Part shown: positions 1 to 8,541 of the stretch, in pieces
Numbering within the stretch: the first letter of the stretch is position 1
How the letters are laid out: each line of letters opens with the position of its first letter
Source of the DNA: Coriobacteriales bacterium
Lineage (GTDB): Bacteria; Actinomycetota; Coriobacteriia; Coriobacteriales; UBA8131
Direction of reading: 5' to 3'
Length of the DNA stretch: 35,501 nt
Assembly (NCBI GenBank): GCA_031555185.1
Contig: JAVBUQ010000044.1
Span: 1 to 35,501, forward strand
Notes under the pieces: model-generated
The model's database searches: none
Seen by the model: only the letters and a program-made list of their open reading frames with translations
Told to the model about the DNA's origin: nothing
Made by a program: the position numbers and the translations under genes

Positions 1-330
1 TGCGCCTGCAATGCCGCCACCGCAACGGCGCATTGAGCCTCCCAGCCAGTCCTTTTTTTCGATGACAATGACGGTACTACCACCGTCGGCTGCCTCAATT
101 GCCGCAGGAGCGCCACCGGTTCCGCAACCGCATACGATTACATCTGCCTCATCGGTCCATGCAACAGAATCCATTGATTCAGCATTCTGTGTCTCTGCTC
201 CGTTGTTCGGGCTACTCGGCGACGAGCACCCGGCAAGGCCTGCCGTCGCAGCCCCGGCACCGCATACGAGCGCTCCTCTTAGAAAGTTCCGTCTTGACAG
301 ATCCTCATTTTTCTCAATCCTGCTTACCAT
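1..330 (-). CDS. FAD-dependent flavoprotein reductase (fumarate-reductase / FAD_binding_2-like), N-terminal 110 aa only. It carries a Tat signal plus a lipobox, and the gene continues beyond the window start.
   Basis: The ORF is absent from the ORF track because it runs off the window. My reverse-complement translation of 330..1 reads MVSRIEKNEDLSRRNFLRGALVCGAGAATAGLAGCSSPSSPNNGAETQNAESMDSVAWTDEADVIVCGCGTGGAPAAIEAADGGSTVIVIEKKDWLGGSMRRCGGGIAGA. It shows a twin-arginine motif (SRRNFL), an LAGC lipobox and a GCGTGG dinucleotide-binding fold. A GGAGAGAGAAG Shine-Dalgarno-like tract (rc of 331..341) lies just upstream of the ATG at 328-330. Confidence 0.75.
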   Translation of the reverse strand, partial: MVSRIEKNEDLSRRNFLRGALVCGAGAATAGLAGCSSPSSPNNGAETQNAESMDSVAWTDEADVIVCGCGTGGAPAAIEAADGGSTVIVIEKKDWLGGSMRRCGGGIAGA

Positions 331-554
331 CTTCTCTCTCCTTTCAAGGTGCTTACAGTAAATTTGACGCTCGTTGTACAAGAGTACTCAAGCGACATAA
401 CCGAGGAAAAGAATAAGAGGATAAAGAGGGAGACGAAATCTTTATTATTGATACGTGAGCAGTATTTGCATTGGAGAAACCAGTTCTTAAATGCCTGCTA
501 AAAGTGGAGATATTTGTTTAGTACCTTATTCAAAGATTCGGTTCCTATAAAGAC

Positions 555-587
555 GGGAGCTGCTATCGAAATTCGATAGCAGCTCCC
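555..587. terminator. Perfect 16-bp-stem hairpin, a possible bidirectional terminator or insulator between the tRNA-Ser region and the flavoprotein promoter.
   Basis: gggagctgctatcgaa (555-570) and ttcgatagcagctccc (572-587) are exact reverse complements. A second 8-bp hairpin, gcgtcttc/gaagacgc, lies at 605-628. Neither has a strong U-tract. Confidence 0.35.
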
Positions 588-665
588 GCTCGTTGTTTGC
601 ACCAGCGTCTTCCACTCAAAGAAGACGCGATGCGTAAGCACAGCCAGTCAGCAGAGCGTATACGG

Positions 666-687
666 TGGCGGAGAGGGAGGGATTCGA
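666..687 (-). repeat. 22-bp duplicate of the 3' end of tRNA-Ser(GGA), an att-like direct repeat.
   Basis: tggcggagagggagggattcga at 666-687 is identical to 886-907, the 3' acceptor/T-arm of the tRNA including CCA. Sequence beyond the 22 nt cannot form a T-stem, so this is a fragment and not a second tRNA. Confidence 0.7.
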
Positions 688-808
688 CACGCATTTGCTT
701 GCACCCCACAAAACTCAATCACTTCGTTCCTTCAAGTTTTGCAAGGACCCCGCAATGCGCAAATCCGTACCCTGCTCACTCACTCTGTTCGCTCGCGAGT
801 TCGGCTTA

Positions 809-829
809 AAACGTGCCACAGGCACGTTT
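809..829 (-). terminator. Intrinsic terminator downstream of tRNA-Ser(GGA).
   Basis: The minus strand reads aaacgtgcc-tgt-ggcacgttt followed by T, giving a TTTT run. It lies about 57 nt past the tRNA 3' end. Confidence 0.5.
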
Positions 830-885
830 CTTACAGCCTCACCCTTCTCAGGGTTCGAACCCCTCAAAAGGTCAACTCAAGAAAC

Positions 886-975
886 TGGCGGAGAGGGAGG
901 GATTCGAACCCTCGATACCTTGCGGTATACATGATTTCCAATCATGCGCCCTCGGCCGGACTAGGCGACCTCTCC
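886..975 (-). tRNA. tRNA-Ser (anticodon GGA).
   Basis: The reverse complement is GGAGAGGTCGCCTAGTCCGGCCGAGGGCGCATGATTGGAAATCATGTATACCGCAAGGTATCGAGGGTTCGAATCCCTCCCTCTCCGCCA. It has a 7-bp acceptor stem, an anticodon stem CATGA/TCATG with loop TTGGAAA, a long variable arm (ATACC/GGTAT), a T-arm GAGGG-TTCGAAT-CCCTC and an encoded CCA. Confidence 0.9.
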
Positions 976-1225
976 GCGCTGAATGCCCAAAAGGCACGAT
1001 GTGGATTATAGCGTTTGTTGCCCCGCTAAGAAAGTGTCATGGAGGCTCGACTGGGCCATCTGACAAGGCAGTGTTACCAGATCATGGCATACCCGCCAAG
1101 TGCCTAAGCAACTCCGAGTAAGCCGGGCTGTCTCGTCGCTTCGCTTCGTGCAATGAAAAAAGCGAAAAGAGACGCTGGTGCCAGCAACTTGCCGTTCGTT
1201 CTCTCTAAGGTATACAAGGGCTACA

Positions 1226-1256
1226 TTGTAAAATTAGCGCAATAGGATGTTATAAT
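1226..1256 (+). promoter_or_regulatory. Candidate sigma-70-type promoter for the zinc-ribbon operon.
   Basis: TTGTAA (1226-1231) is followed, after a 19-nt spacer, by an extended -10 TGtTATAAT (1248-1256). It sits about 85 nt upstream of the ATG at 1340. Confidence 0.35.
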
Positions 1257-1339
1257 CTGTGCGTGCGCAAACAACTCTTTCAGATAAAGCAGCGGGGTTT
1301 TGGTGTGTGGAGTCAGACCAGGTGTAGAAAGGGAAGCCA

Positions 1340-2116
1340 ATGGATTCATTTGTGCGTAATTACCAGGACAACTCAACAGAGGCTGGTTTTGCTTTTACGT
1401 TTTATTGTGACAATTGCAACGATGGGTTCAAAAGCGACTTTATTGAATCCAGCACGTATAAAAAAGGTAGTTTCATGCGAGCAGTAAGCGGCGGCGCAGG
1501 GGCACTGGGAAGCATACTCGGTGGTGCCGCGCAAAACATTGGATGGGGCGCGGAGCGAGCAGGCTCACTGCTGGGAGAGCGGTTTGATAATGCCAGCCCG
1601 GAATGGCAACGTGAGCATGAGGCAGCATTTGAGCAGGCTCAGGCGGACGCCCGCCCACATTTTCATCGTTGTCATAATTGCAATACCTACGTGGATGACA
1701 ATTGCTGGAACAAAGACACGGGACTATGTGTTGCATGCTCACCTCGACAAGAGATCTATGTTGCCCAGGCACATGCCCAGGCTATGAAAAACAATATCGA
1801 CGAGGCAGCCTCCTCGGCAACTGTCTGGAAAGGCGAGATTGAGGCAAAGACCACCACCTGTCCGAGCTGTGGACAACCAACAGGTGCAGGAAAGTTCTGC
1901 AATAACTGCGGTGCCTCGCTTCAGTTAAAGCAATGTCCTTCATGCGGAGCACAAAACGCGCAGAGCGTGAATTTCTGTAACAATTGCGGCTCCAATTTAG
2001 CAGAGGCGGCCTTGTCCGCCCCTACGCCCAGAGAAACGGGCATCTGCCCTTCCTGCAACGCACAGAATCAACCGGGAACATCCTTTTGCGGTGAGTGCGG
2101 AACAAAACTGGTTTGA
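1340..2116 (+). CDS. Multi-zinc-ribbon (double-zinc-ribbon type) protein of unknown function.
   Basis: This is a 258-aa ORF with an AAGGGAAG RBS just upstream. It contains many CxxC pairs: FYCDNCN, HRCHNCN...CVACS, and three tandem C-terminal units of the CPSCG-x8-10-FCNNCG / FCGECG type. Confidence 0.8.
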   Translation: MDSFVRNYQDNSTEAGFAFTFYCDNCNDGFKSDFIESSTYKKGSFMRAVSGGAGALGSILGGAAQNIGWGAERAGSLLGERFDNASPEWQREHEAAFEQAQADARPHFHRCHNCNTYVDDNCWNKDTGLCVACSPRQEIYVAQAHAQAMKNNIDEAASSATVWKGEIEAKTTTCPSCGQPTGAGKFCNNCGASLQLKQCPSCGAQNAQSVNFCNNCGSNLAEAALSAPTPRETGICPSCNAQNQPGTSFCGECGTKLV

Positions 2117-2140
2117 GCACTGAGCGATCCGGGAGGTGCC

Positions 2141-3721
2141 ATGAAGGACATGATGGGCATACTTGGTGGTCTCGCCGAGGGCTCCGCAGATGTTGTGTCA
2201 AGCACTGTGTTGGGCTCGGCAGAGAGCATTGTTACAGAGAGCGCCGGGGGTAACATCGCAAACACAGAAGAAAGCACGGACGCTCTCAACAGCGAAGAGG
2301 CTGCCCCTGAGGCCACCTTTACAGGGGTGGCGCAAATAACCTCTTCTGTTGTTGACGGCGAAGGGGAAGTAGCGGTGTATAAAGAAGGTCTTACCATCAC
2401 CACTCTCTTTACCGCTTTTTTCCTGTCATGGGCAGAGGTAGTACAACTGGATAGCTCACCGTATGACGTGACCATTGAGACTAAAACGACTCAGTATATA
2501 TTCAAGAGCATGGGCCAGGACACCGAACCCTTCTATCGTGCTGTATCAGCAGCCTATAATCAAAAAGTCTGCAAGGCACTTTTTGCAGACGGGCCTCCCC
2601 TGTTTACCACAACGAGCGGCGGAACACCGGTTGCTGTCTATCCTCAATGCGTACTCCGTTTGCCACCTAATATGCACGCCCAGCGTGTACCCCTGGCTTT
2701 TGTAAATAGTTTCAGCGAAGAGGCACAAGAGGTGGTTTTGGGAGTACAAGATGGCAGTACCTACACCTTTGCCCGGCTAGGCAGCGATAAAGGACCTTTT
2801 ACAAAGACAATACAGAAAGCTATAAAAACATTGAGAGAAAAAAGCAGGGAGGCCATATTTGAGCTTGACCCCAGCCTCAACGCCGAGCAGACCGCGGCAC
2901 TCACAAATATTCTGCCCTATGGCACCGCTGCCCCAGTTGACATTCTGCAATCTATCGCTCCTGGTTTTGTTGCAGCTCTTGAGAGCCGTATTGCATCCAG
3001 CCGTGCCACGCATAGTTATGAGTTCTTTAAGAGTCTCGATACCCGCGAGGCTGTATGCATAGGGTTTAAGAAGAAGGAGGGAGGGGGAGCATCAACGGCA
3101 GCGGTGGAAGGATCAGCAGAGCCTGGCACAAAACAACCAGGCATAAGGCAAGCAACCGTGGAACAAGAAGCAGCAGAACAAGAAGACGCGAGACAAGAGG
3201 GAGTGAGACAAGAGGGAGTGAGTCCAGGGGGAGTGAGTCCAGAAGTCGTAACACAAGAAGTTGGTACACAAGCAACTGCAGCACAAGCAACCGCAGCACA
3301 AAAAGGTTTCTCTGAAACTCAGAACACATCCTCACGGGAGCCAACAGCTCTTCATGACGAACCCTACACTATATGGATGATAGCGCCCGCTCCAAGGAAA
3401 AAGGTCTGCGCTGTTGAGTTTGCAGGTGAGACAGAAGAGGCTGCCGCGACATTTGTCTACCAGTATGAGCAGTCCTGGGAGGAGTTTGTACTCGAACTCA
3501 ACATGGCTTTGGACGCCATAGACTTTAAACGACAGATCATCACTATGAGTGAGGAAGACCTTGCCAAGCCGGAGAATATTGATGCCCGCATGGCGGTTGA
3601 GCGCAACAAGAATCTTCAGAGAGTGCGAAACAGTTGTATTGGCAGAGTCATTCACAGCAACCAGTCAGCCTGGCAAAAGAAGATAGCAGGACTCTTTGAA
3701 CTGAACAACCAATCACTGTAG
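2141..3721 (+). CDS. Hypothetical protein with a central acidic low-complexity tandem-repeat region. Probably co-transcribed with 1340..2116.
   Basis: This is a 526-aa ORF beginning 24 nt after the previous stop, with a GGGAGG RBS at 2131-2136. I recognise no catalytic motif. The region 3190-3296 contains 15-nt tandem units (gagacaagagggagt x2, gtgagtccag.. x2, cacaagcaacYgcag x2). Confidence 0.75.
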   Translation: MKDMMGILGGLAEGSADVVSSTVLGSAESIVTESAGGNIANTEESTDALNSEEAAPEATFTGVAQITSSVVDGEGEVAVYKEGLTITTLFTAFFLSWAEVVQLDSSPYDVTIETKTTQYIFKSMGQDTEPFYRAVSAAYNQKVCKALFADGPPLFTTTSGGTPVAVYPQCVLRLPPNMHAQRVPLAFVNSFSEEAQEVVLGVQDGSTYTFARLGSDKGPFTKTIQKAIKTLREKSREAIFELDPSLNAEQTAALTNILPYGTAAPVDILQSIAPGFVAALESRIASSRATHSYEFFKSLDTREAVCIGFKKKEGGGASTAAVEGSAEPGTKQPGIRQATVEQEAAEQEDARQEGVRQEGVSPGGVSPEVVTQEVGTQATAAQATAAQKGFSETQNTSSREPTALHDEPYTIWMIAPAPRKKVCAVEFAGETEEAAATFVYQYEQSWEEFVLELNMALDAIDFKRQIITMSEEDLAKPENIDARMAVERNKNLQRVRNSCIGRVIHSNQSAWQKKIAGLFELNNQSL

Positions 3722-3830
3722 AAACAAATTACAGAGGTACGAGTGATAAGCGGTATGCTTGAGAAACCTCGTGTGAGGTGACTCGCTCACACGAGCATAG
3801 CCTGATCTAACGTCAATGGAGTAGGGTAAT

Positions 3831-6191
3831 TTGGCACGCATAGCCACAATAACACTGGATATCGAAGGTATGACGTGTGCCTCCTGTAGCGCACGCATTG
3901 AGCGTGTGCTCAATAAAAAGGAAGGCGTAAAAAAGGCCAACGTCAACCTTACTACTGAAAAGGCACAGGTAAGCTACGACTCCGGCATCATATCGGTGGC
4001 TGATCTGATCGCTGCCATCGAGAAAGTCGGCTTCAAAGCTGCTCTTCCTAAGGAAGACCCGGCCGAGGCAGCCGCAAAACAAAAGCGCAAACAGCATGAC
4101 ATGCGTGTGCTTTGGACAAAGTTTATCGTTTCTGCCTGCTTCTCGATTCCCCTGCTCTACCTTGCTATGGCTCCCATGCTTACAAGCTGGATAGAGCTGC
4201 CTTTTCCTTCTTTCCTCCAACCTATGGAGCATCCGCTTGCCTACGCTCTTACACAACTCGCTCTGGTGCTGCCGATTGTAGGTGCAGGATATCGCTTTTA
4301 TTATGTAGGGTTTAAAGCACTCTTTCATTTAAGCCCTAACATGGACAGTCTCATCGCTATCGGCACCAGTGCGGCACTGGTGTATTCCCTCTATAACACT
4401 ATCCTTATTGCTCTGGGCAACTCAACGGCGGTGCACGCACTTTACTATGAGACCGCCGGAGTCATCATCACATTGATCCTCCTGGGCAAATGTCTGGAAG
4501 CGCGCGCCAAGAGTAGGACCTCCGGAGCCATCATGAAACTAATGGGTCTGGCACCCAAAACAGCCATTGTGCTCAGGCGCCAAAAGCAGACCACAGAGGA
4601 AGCGGATCAGAGGAAGCAGTATCTAAAGAAGCCAGAATTAAGGGCAGAACTGCGGGAGCAGACCCTGGAGAAGCCCTCAGAGACTGACGAAACGAGCAAT
4701 GACATTGATATTTCAAGCGCTCTGCTTGAGAGTGAGATCCCAGTAGAGGACGTACAGGTGGGGGATCTCATTCTGGTCAAGCCAGGCGCAAGGATACCTG
4801 TGGACGGAGAAGTGATACGAGGACAAAGCGCCATTGATGAATCGATGCTTACGGGCGAGAGCATGCCAGTAGAGAAGCAAGCTGGAGATAAAGTGTACGC
4901 CGCATCAATAAACACCACCGGTACGCTCACTTTCAAGGCTACCAAGATAGGAGCGGACACTGCACTGGCACAGATCATCCGTTTGGTTGAGGAAGCCCAG
5001 AGCACCAAAGCCCCTATTGCTCAGTTGGCCGATAAGGTGGCCGGTATCTTTGTTCCTGTTGTGTGCGGCATCGCAGTGGTGGCGGGAGTTGCCTGGTTTA
5101 TAGCAACAGGAGGCAACCTGCCCTTTGCGCTCACCATATTTATCAGTGTATTGGTTATCGCGTGCCCGTGCGCGCTCGGTCTTGCTACGCCTACCGCCAT
5201 CATGGTTGGCACCGGCAAGGGCGCGGAGCTAGGCATCCTTATCAAAGGAGGCGACGCGCTGGAAACAGCCGGAAAGACCCAGACGGTAGTGTTGGACAAA
5301 ACAGGAACTATTACAGAAGGTCGCCCGGAGGTAACAGGCACGCTTACAGAAGGTCGCCCGGAGGCAGCAGACACTCTTACAGAAGGTCGCCAGGAGGCAA
5401 CAGGCAACGTTGATCTTGAGCTACTCCAGTTAGCAGCCTCACTCGAGCGCTATTCCGAACATCCCATTGCCCGGGCGGTTGTTGACGCTTACGAGGGAGA
5501 ATATTTGCCTGTAGAGGACTTTAACGCAAACATTGGACAAGGCGTAGAAGGAATCGTTGAGGGAAAAAAGGTGGTCATAGGACGCGGCGTACAGATATTC
5601 GTAGACGGTGAATACAAAGGGCAGATCACTGTGAGCGACAAGACCAAACCCAGTAGTGCAGAAGCCATTGCAGAACTACACAAAATGGATATCAAGGTAG
5701 CTATGCTCACCGGCGACAATGTCAACACCGCTGAGACTATAGCCAAGGAGGTGGGAGTAGACAGCGTCCTGGCTGAGGTTTTGCCCGGGGACAAAGCCGC
5801 TGAAGTCAAAGCTTTACAGAAAAGCGGCAAGATCGTAGCAATGGTGGGGGATGGCATCAATGATGCTCCGGCACTGGTACAGGCTGATGTAGGTATGGCC
5901 ATTGGCACGGGCACCGACGTAGCGATGGAGTCAGCTGATATCGTTTTGATGCACTCAGACCTCAGAGATGTGGCTACGGCCATCAAGCTCAGCCGCCGTA
6001 CTATGCGCAACATAAAGCAGAATCTCTTCTGGGCTTTTGGTTATAACGTGGTGGGTATTCCTGTTGCGGCAGGGATTCTCTATATATTCGGTGGCCCACT
6101 CTTGAGTCCTATGTTGGCAGCAGCAGCAATGAGCCTCTCTTCGGTCTCGGTGCTTGCGAACGCACTCAGGCTCAAGGCAATCAAACTTTAA
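3831..6191 (+). CDS. copA: Copper-translocating P1B-type ATPase (CopA family).
   Basis: It has an N-terminal HMA domain ([12 protein letters not shown]), the CPC membrane metal site ([12 protein letters not shown]), the DKTGT phosphorylation site, TGDN and GDGINDAP motifs. The start is TTG at 3831. The next in-frame Met sits only two residues before the first metal-binding Cys and would remove the first beta-strand of the HMA fold (ITLDIEG). Confidence 0.95.
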   Translation: MARIATITLDIEGMTCASCSARIERVLNKKEGVKKANVNLTTEKAQVSYDSGIISVADLIAAIEKVGFKAALPKEDPAEAAAKQKRKQHDMRVLWTKFIVSACFSIPLLYLAMAPMLTSWIELPFPSFLQPMEHPLAYALTQLALVLPIVGAGYRFYYVGFKALFHLSPNMDSLIAIGTSAALVYSLYNTILIALGNSTAVHALYYETAGVIITLILLGKCLEARAKSRTSGAIMKLMGLAPKTAIVLRRQKQTTEEADQRKQYLKKPELRAELREQTLEKPSETDETSNDIDISSALLESEIPVEDVQVGDLILVKPGARIPVDGEVIRGQSAIDESMLTGESMPVEKQAGDKVYAASINTTGTLTFKATKIGADTALAQIIRLVEEAQSTKAPIAQLADKVAGIFVPVVCGIAVVAGVAWFIATGGNLPFALTIFISVLVIACPCALGLATPTAIMVGTGKGAELGILIKGGDALETAGKTQTVVLDKTGTITEGRPEVTGTLTEGRPEAADTLTEGRQEATGNVDLELLQLAASLERYSEHPIARAVVDAYEGEYLPVEDFNANIGQGVEGIVEGKKVVIGRGVQIFVDGEYKGQITVSDKTKPSSAEAIAELHKMDIKVAMLTGDNVNTAETIAKEVGVDSVLAEVLPGDKAAEVKALQKSGKIVAMVGDGINDAPALVQADVGMAIGTGTDVAMESADIVLMHSDLRDVATAIKLSRRTMRNIKQNLFWAFGYNVVGIPVAAGILYIFGGPLLSPMLAAAAMSLSSVSVLANALRLKAIKL
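5311..5409 (+). repeat. In-frame 3 x 33-nt tandem repeat inside copA, immediately after DKTGT.
   Basis: The units 5311-5343, 5344-5376 and 5377-5409 (ttacagaaggtcgcccggagg...) encode [11 protein letters not shown] / [11 protein letters not shown] / [11 protein letters not shown]. Confidence 0.9.
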
Positions 6192-6252
6192 GCCAAACGA
6201 GCCATCTAGCAAAAGCAGATATGGCCATGATTCGGCCGAAGCCTCCTGCATC

Positions 6253-7155
6253 TTATTCGTGGGCAGCGGTTAGTTTTCCCTTTGCTGCAGCATCCCGTCT
6301 TGGGAGCAAGCCTCTCAATAAATCCTTTTGCTCGCTATAGCGCAGCGAACGAATATAGATACGTTTCTCCAGACGTTTCGCAATGACCTGCGCGACCTCA
6401 TTAAATGCTTGATCGTTGTAAAGCTGTTCAGTGTTAATTGTGAGTACTCTATATCCATTGTTTTCTAATGTGGCGAGTCGCCTCGCATCTTTTATCCAAG
6501 AGCTCATATTGTTGTGAAATGCATAACTGTCATATTCCACGATGAGTTTAGCCTTCTCCCAGTAAAGATCCGCATAGAGCGTCCCCATCTTTTGGTCGCA
6601 GCCCTTCTTCCTGATCTTGATCTCTTGATTGAGCGCGGCGCCCGAAAACCCTAAACCGCCAAACTTATAAGGAAGCGTTAATTGCATAAACAACAAAGAC
6701 TCCATCACCGACCACGAGTTATCGGCAATATACTGCACCGCTTGAATTGCAGCCTTGCGTCCATGATGTCCGTGACACTTATCAAGAAAGCTTTGCAGCC
6801 TTTGCACTGTGGTTAGCGACTCTCTGTTGCCTGGTTTAGATGAACATAGTTGCATACCCAAAAGCACCGTACGATGAAAGCCAAGTTGGCGTGCAGAATC
6901 CAGAAAGGCGAGCTCTGGAGAGGCCACTGCTTCCCCTCTATGACGCACTACAGCACCTTTTGGAAAAGGAAGCACAGAAGAGTGTGCTTCTAAAGAGGAA
7001 GATTTGGCTCTTTTGCCTACCTCGAGATACCTTTGTTGTACATTCAGTCTGCTCTCTCTTTGTAACTGTTCATCTGAAGAGTATCCTAAAACAACATGAA
7101 GGTATGGGACATCCCAAAGGTGTAGTGCGGAAGTATGGGTAAGATATGATTTCAT
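6253..7155 (-). CDS. DUF559 / Vsr-like endonuclease-fold domain protein.
   Basis: This is a 300-aa ORF. Its C-terminal ~95 aa carry the DUF559-type D...ExD core (LYADLYWEKAKLIVEYDSYAFH) followed by GYRVLTINTEQL. There is no SD. A TATATT box lies 6 nt upstream of the ATG, so the transcript may be leaderless. Confidence 0.7.
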   Translation of the reverse strand: MKSYLTHTSALHLWDVPYLHVVLGYSSDEQLQRESRLNVQQRYLEVGKRAKSSSLEAHSSVLPFPKGAVVRHRGEAVASPELAFLDSARQLGFHRTVLLGMQLCSSKPGNRESLTTVQRLQSFLDKCHGHHGRKAAIQAVQYIADNSWSVMESLLFMQLTLPYKFGGLGFSGAALNQEIKIRKKGCDQKMGTLYADLYWEKAKLIVEYDSYAFHNNMSSWIKDARRLATLENNGYRVLTINTEQLYNDQAFNEVAQVIAKRLEKRIYIRSLRYSEQKDLLRGLLPRRDAAAKGKLTAAHE

Positions 7156-7192
7156 TATGCAAATATAATAATATGAAATAGTAAGAAATGCA

Positions 7193-7374
7193 ATGGACAG
7201 TTTTTTCGTTAGTGCGGCAGCGGGAATGACCTCCTTCTTCTTTAATGGACAGTCTTTTCGATACTGCGACGATTTTCAGGTTAACAAGACAGAATGCGTC
7301 GCAGAATCGAACTTTTGGTCCATGACGGAGAAGAATCCAGGCTTAAACATCGCAGTATCGAAAAAACTGTCCAT
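7193..7374. repeat. Imperfect palindrome of about 180 bp built from four copies of a 27-nt motif (two direct, two inverted), roughly centred on GTTAAC at 7280-7285.
   Basis: The four copies are 7193-7219 atggacagttttttcgttagtgcggca, 7245-7271 atggacagtcttttcgatactgcgacg, the rc of 7297-7323 atggaccaaaagttcgattctgcgacg, and the rc of 7348-7374 atggacagttttttcgatactgcgatg. The second and fourth copies are 25/27 identical. Confidence 0.65.
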
Positions 7375-7500
7375 AGGGTTTGCTACGCTGGCAGTAGTGT
7401 TGTTATAGGATTTGGCCTTTTGGGAGACCTTATCGAGAATCCTATAAGAAGAATCAAGTGGCAATAGTGGTCTTACAGGATTTATCAGTCCCTAAGACTT

Positions 7501-8382
7501 CTAAACAGCCACGACATTCAGGGTACCGCTACTGGAAACGACCATGGGTGATTTATACTCCACCTGATATGACTGGTTAGGCTGTAGAAAAACCACTGCT
7601 TGTGCGGCTCCGCTTTTGCCCATGTAGTTCAAATAGCAATCGATCTGGACATTTCCGGCGGGCGCCTGAAGGACGATCGGCTGATTGAATTTAGCCTGAT
7701 AGGACACTCCGTTTATCGCTATGGTTGCACTCGAGACCAGGAATTGACCAGGCATCTTTTTAGCTAAGAAGATGATACTGGAGGTTTCAGGTAGTGTCTG
7801 AGCCGAAAGAGAAGGCGTACCAGGTTGAACGGAAGGCGTTTGATGGGCGGGCTGTGAAGACGCAGCGGGAGTTCCGCAGTTCACGCAAAATAACTGTCCA
7901 GGAGCAAGCGCCATATTACAAGAACGACATTGGGCAGAACCGGTTTGGAAAGCAACAGGATGGTCTGAATCGGTTTGGTAAGCGACAGAATGAGCCGAAC
8001 TTGCTTGGCGAGCGACAGAAGAGAGCGGCCGGACCTGTTGGCTGTTTGGCTGAGGTGAGGCCTGCTGGCTGTAATTCGATGCGCTTAACGGTACGCCATT
8101 TTGCGTATATGAAAGGGGTTGACCTTGCACTTGGACATTTCCGGATTTAGCAATGAAGTAAGAGGCGGTTCCTCCGCCGGCAGCAAACAACAAGGCTGCA
8201 ATATAGACAGGCGGACTCATTTCCCCACCATTTGCCGCAATTCCAATAAGGACCCCGAGTAGTTCACCGCCAAACCATAGACCAAGTGTATAGGCTATCG
8301 CTGCACCACCACTTCTTCCGCGAGCCTTGGCGTTTGAAGAGTTCTTGTTACATAAAAGGATTACCGCAATAATTTCCAACAT
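7501..8382 (-). CDS. Membrane protein with an internal zinc-ribbon and a C-terminal beta-rich domain, function unknown.
   Basis: I place the start at ATG 8380-8382 (MLEIIAVILL...), which has a GAGAGAGG RBS about 8 nt upstream. The ORF-track start at 8481 adds 33 aa without an RBS. The protein has 2-3 N-terminal hydrophobic helices, a low-complexity S/Q/P linker, and the zinc-ribbon CRSCNMALAPGQLFCVNCG. Confidence 0.7.
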   Translation of the reverse strand: MLEIIAVILLCNKNSSNAKARGRSGGAAIAYTLGLWFGGELLGVLIGIAANGGEMSPPVYIAALLFAAGGGTASYFIAKSGNVQVQGQPLSYTQNGVPLSASNYSQQASPQPNSQQVRPLSSVARQASSAHSVAYQTDSDHPVAFQTGSAQCRSCNMALAPGQLFCVNCGTPAASSQPAHQTPSVQPGTPSLSAQTLPETSSIIFLAKKMPGQFLVSSATIAINGVSYQAKFNQPIVLQAPAGNVQIDCYLNYMGKSGAAQAVVFLQPNQSYQVEYKSPMVVSSSGTLNVVAV

Positions 8383-8541
8383 AGCTGGCCTCTCTCGATA
8401 CATGAAAGCTGATAGGCTCAGTGTAAATGCCATTCTATGCACAACGGTCTGCACCAAGCAGACAGTTGTGGAACCAGGCACACCTCAAGACAGCGATCGT
8501 TCTGTGAAGAGAGCTTAAAAAACGGCAATATGACGAAAGTC

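Noticed and set aside
11-416. Plus-strand ORFs 11..361 and 99..416 (116 and 105 aa).
   Set aside because: They are P/S/A-rich with no RBS. The opposite strand encodes a textbook Tat-signal flavoprotein N-terminus with a GxGxxG fold, so these are antisense shadow ORFs.
597-885. The possibility that the duplicated tRNA-like end marks a tmRNA or a second tRNA-Ser.
   Set aside because: The acceptor sequence GGAGAGG is not the Ala-type tmRNA acceptor. The sequence 5' of the 22-mer cannot form a T-stem (GCGTG versus the required GAGGG), and no tag-ORF-like region is recognisable.
597-1121. Four overlapping plus-strand ORFs (597..809, 665..934, 739..1011, 813..1121).
   Set aside because: They run across tRNA-Ser(GGA), its duplicated 3' fragment and its terminator. 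Their peptides include the typical tRNA translation artefact (GGIRTLD, RDSNPRY). There is no coding support.
3730-3745. tacagaggta upstream of copA, which resembles a CopY cop-box (TACAnnTGTA).
   Set aside because: It has one mismatch in the conserved half-site, is present only once, and no copY or csoR gene is in the window. The similarity is too weak to call an operator.
4607-6013. Minus-strand ORFs inside copA (4607..5008, 5021..5407, 5489..6013) and the plus-strand alternative-frame ORF 5063..5413.
   Set aside because: All lie within the strongly supported CopA reading frame. They have low-complexity S/P/A/R-rich translations and are antisense or off-frame shadows.
7193-7464. ORFs 7193..7408 (+) and 7276..7464 (-), both starting MDSFF.
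   Set aside because: Their similarity is a by-product of the inverted 27-nt motif copies. They overlap each other on opposite strands and have no RBS, so I treat the region as a DNA or RNA-level repeat structure.
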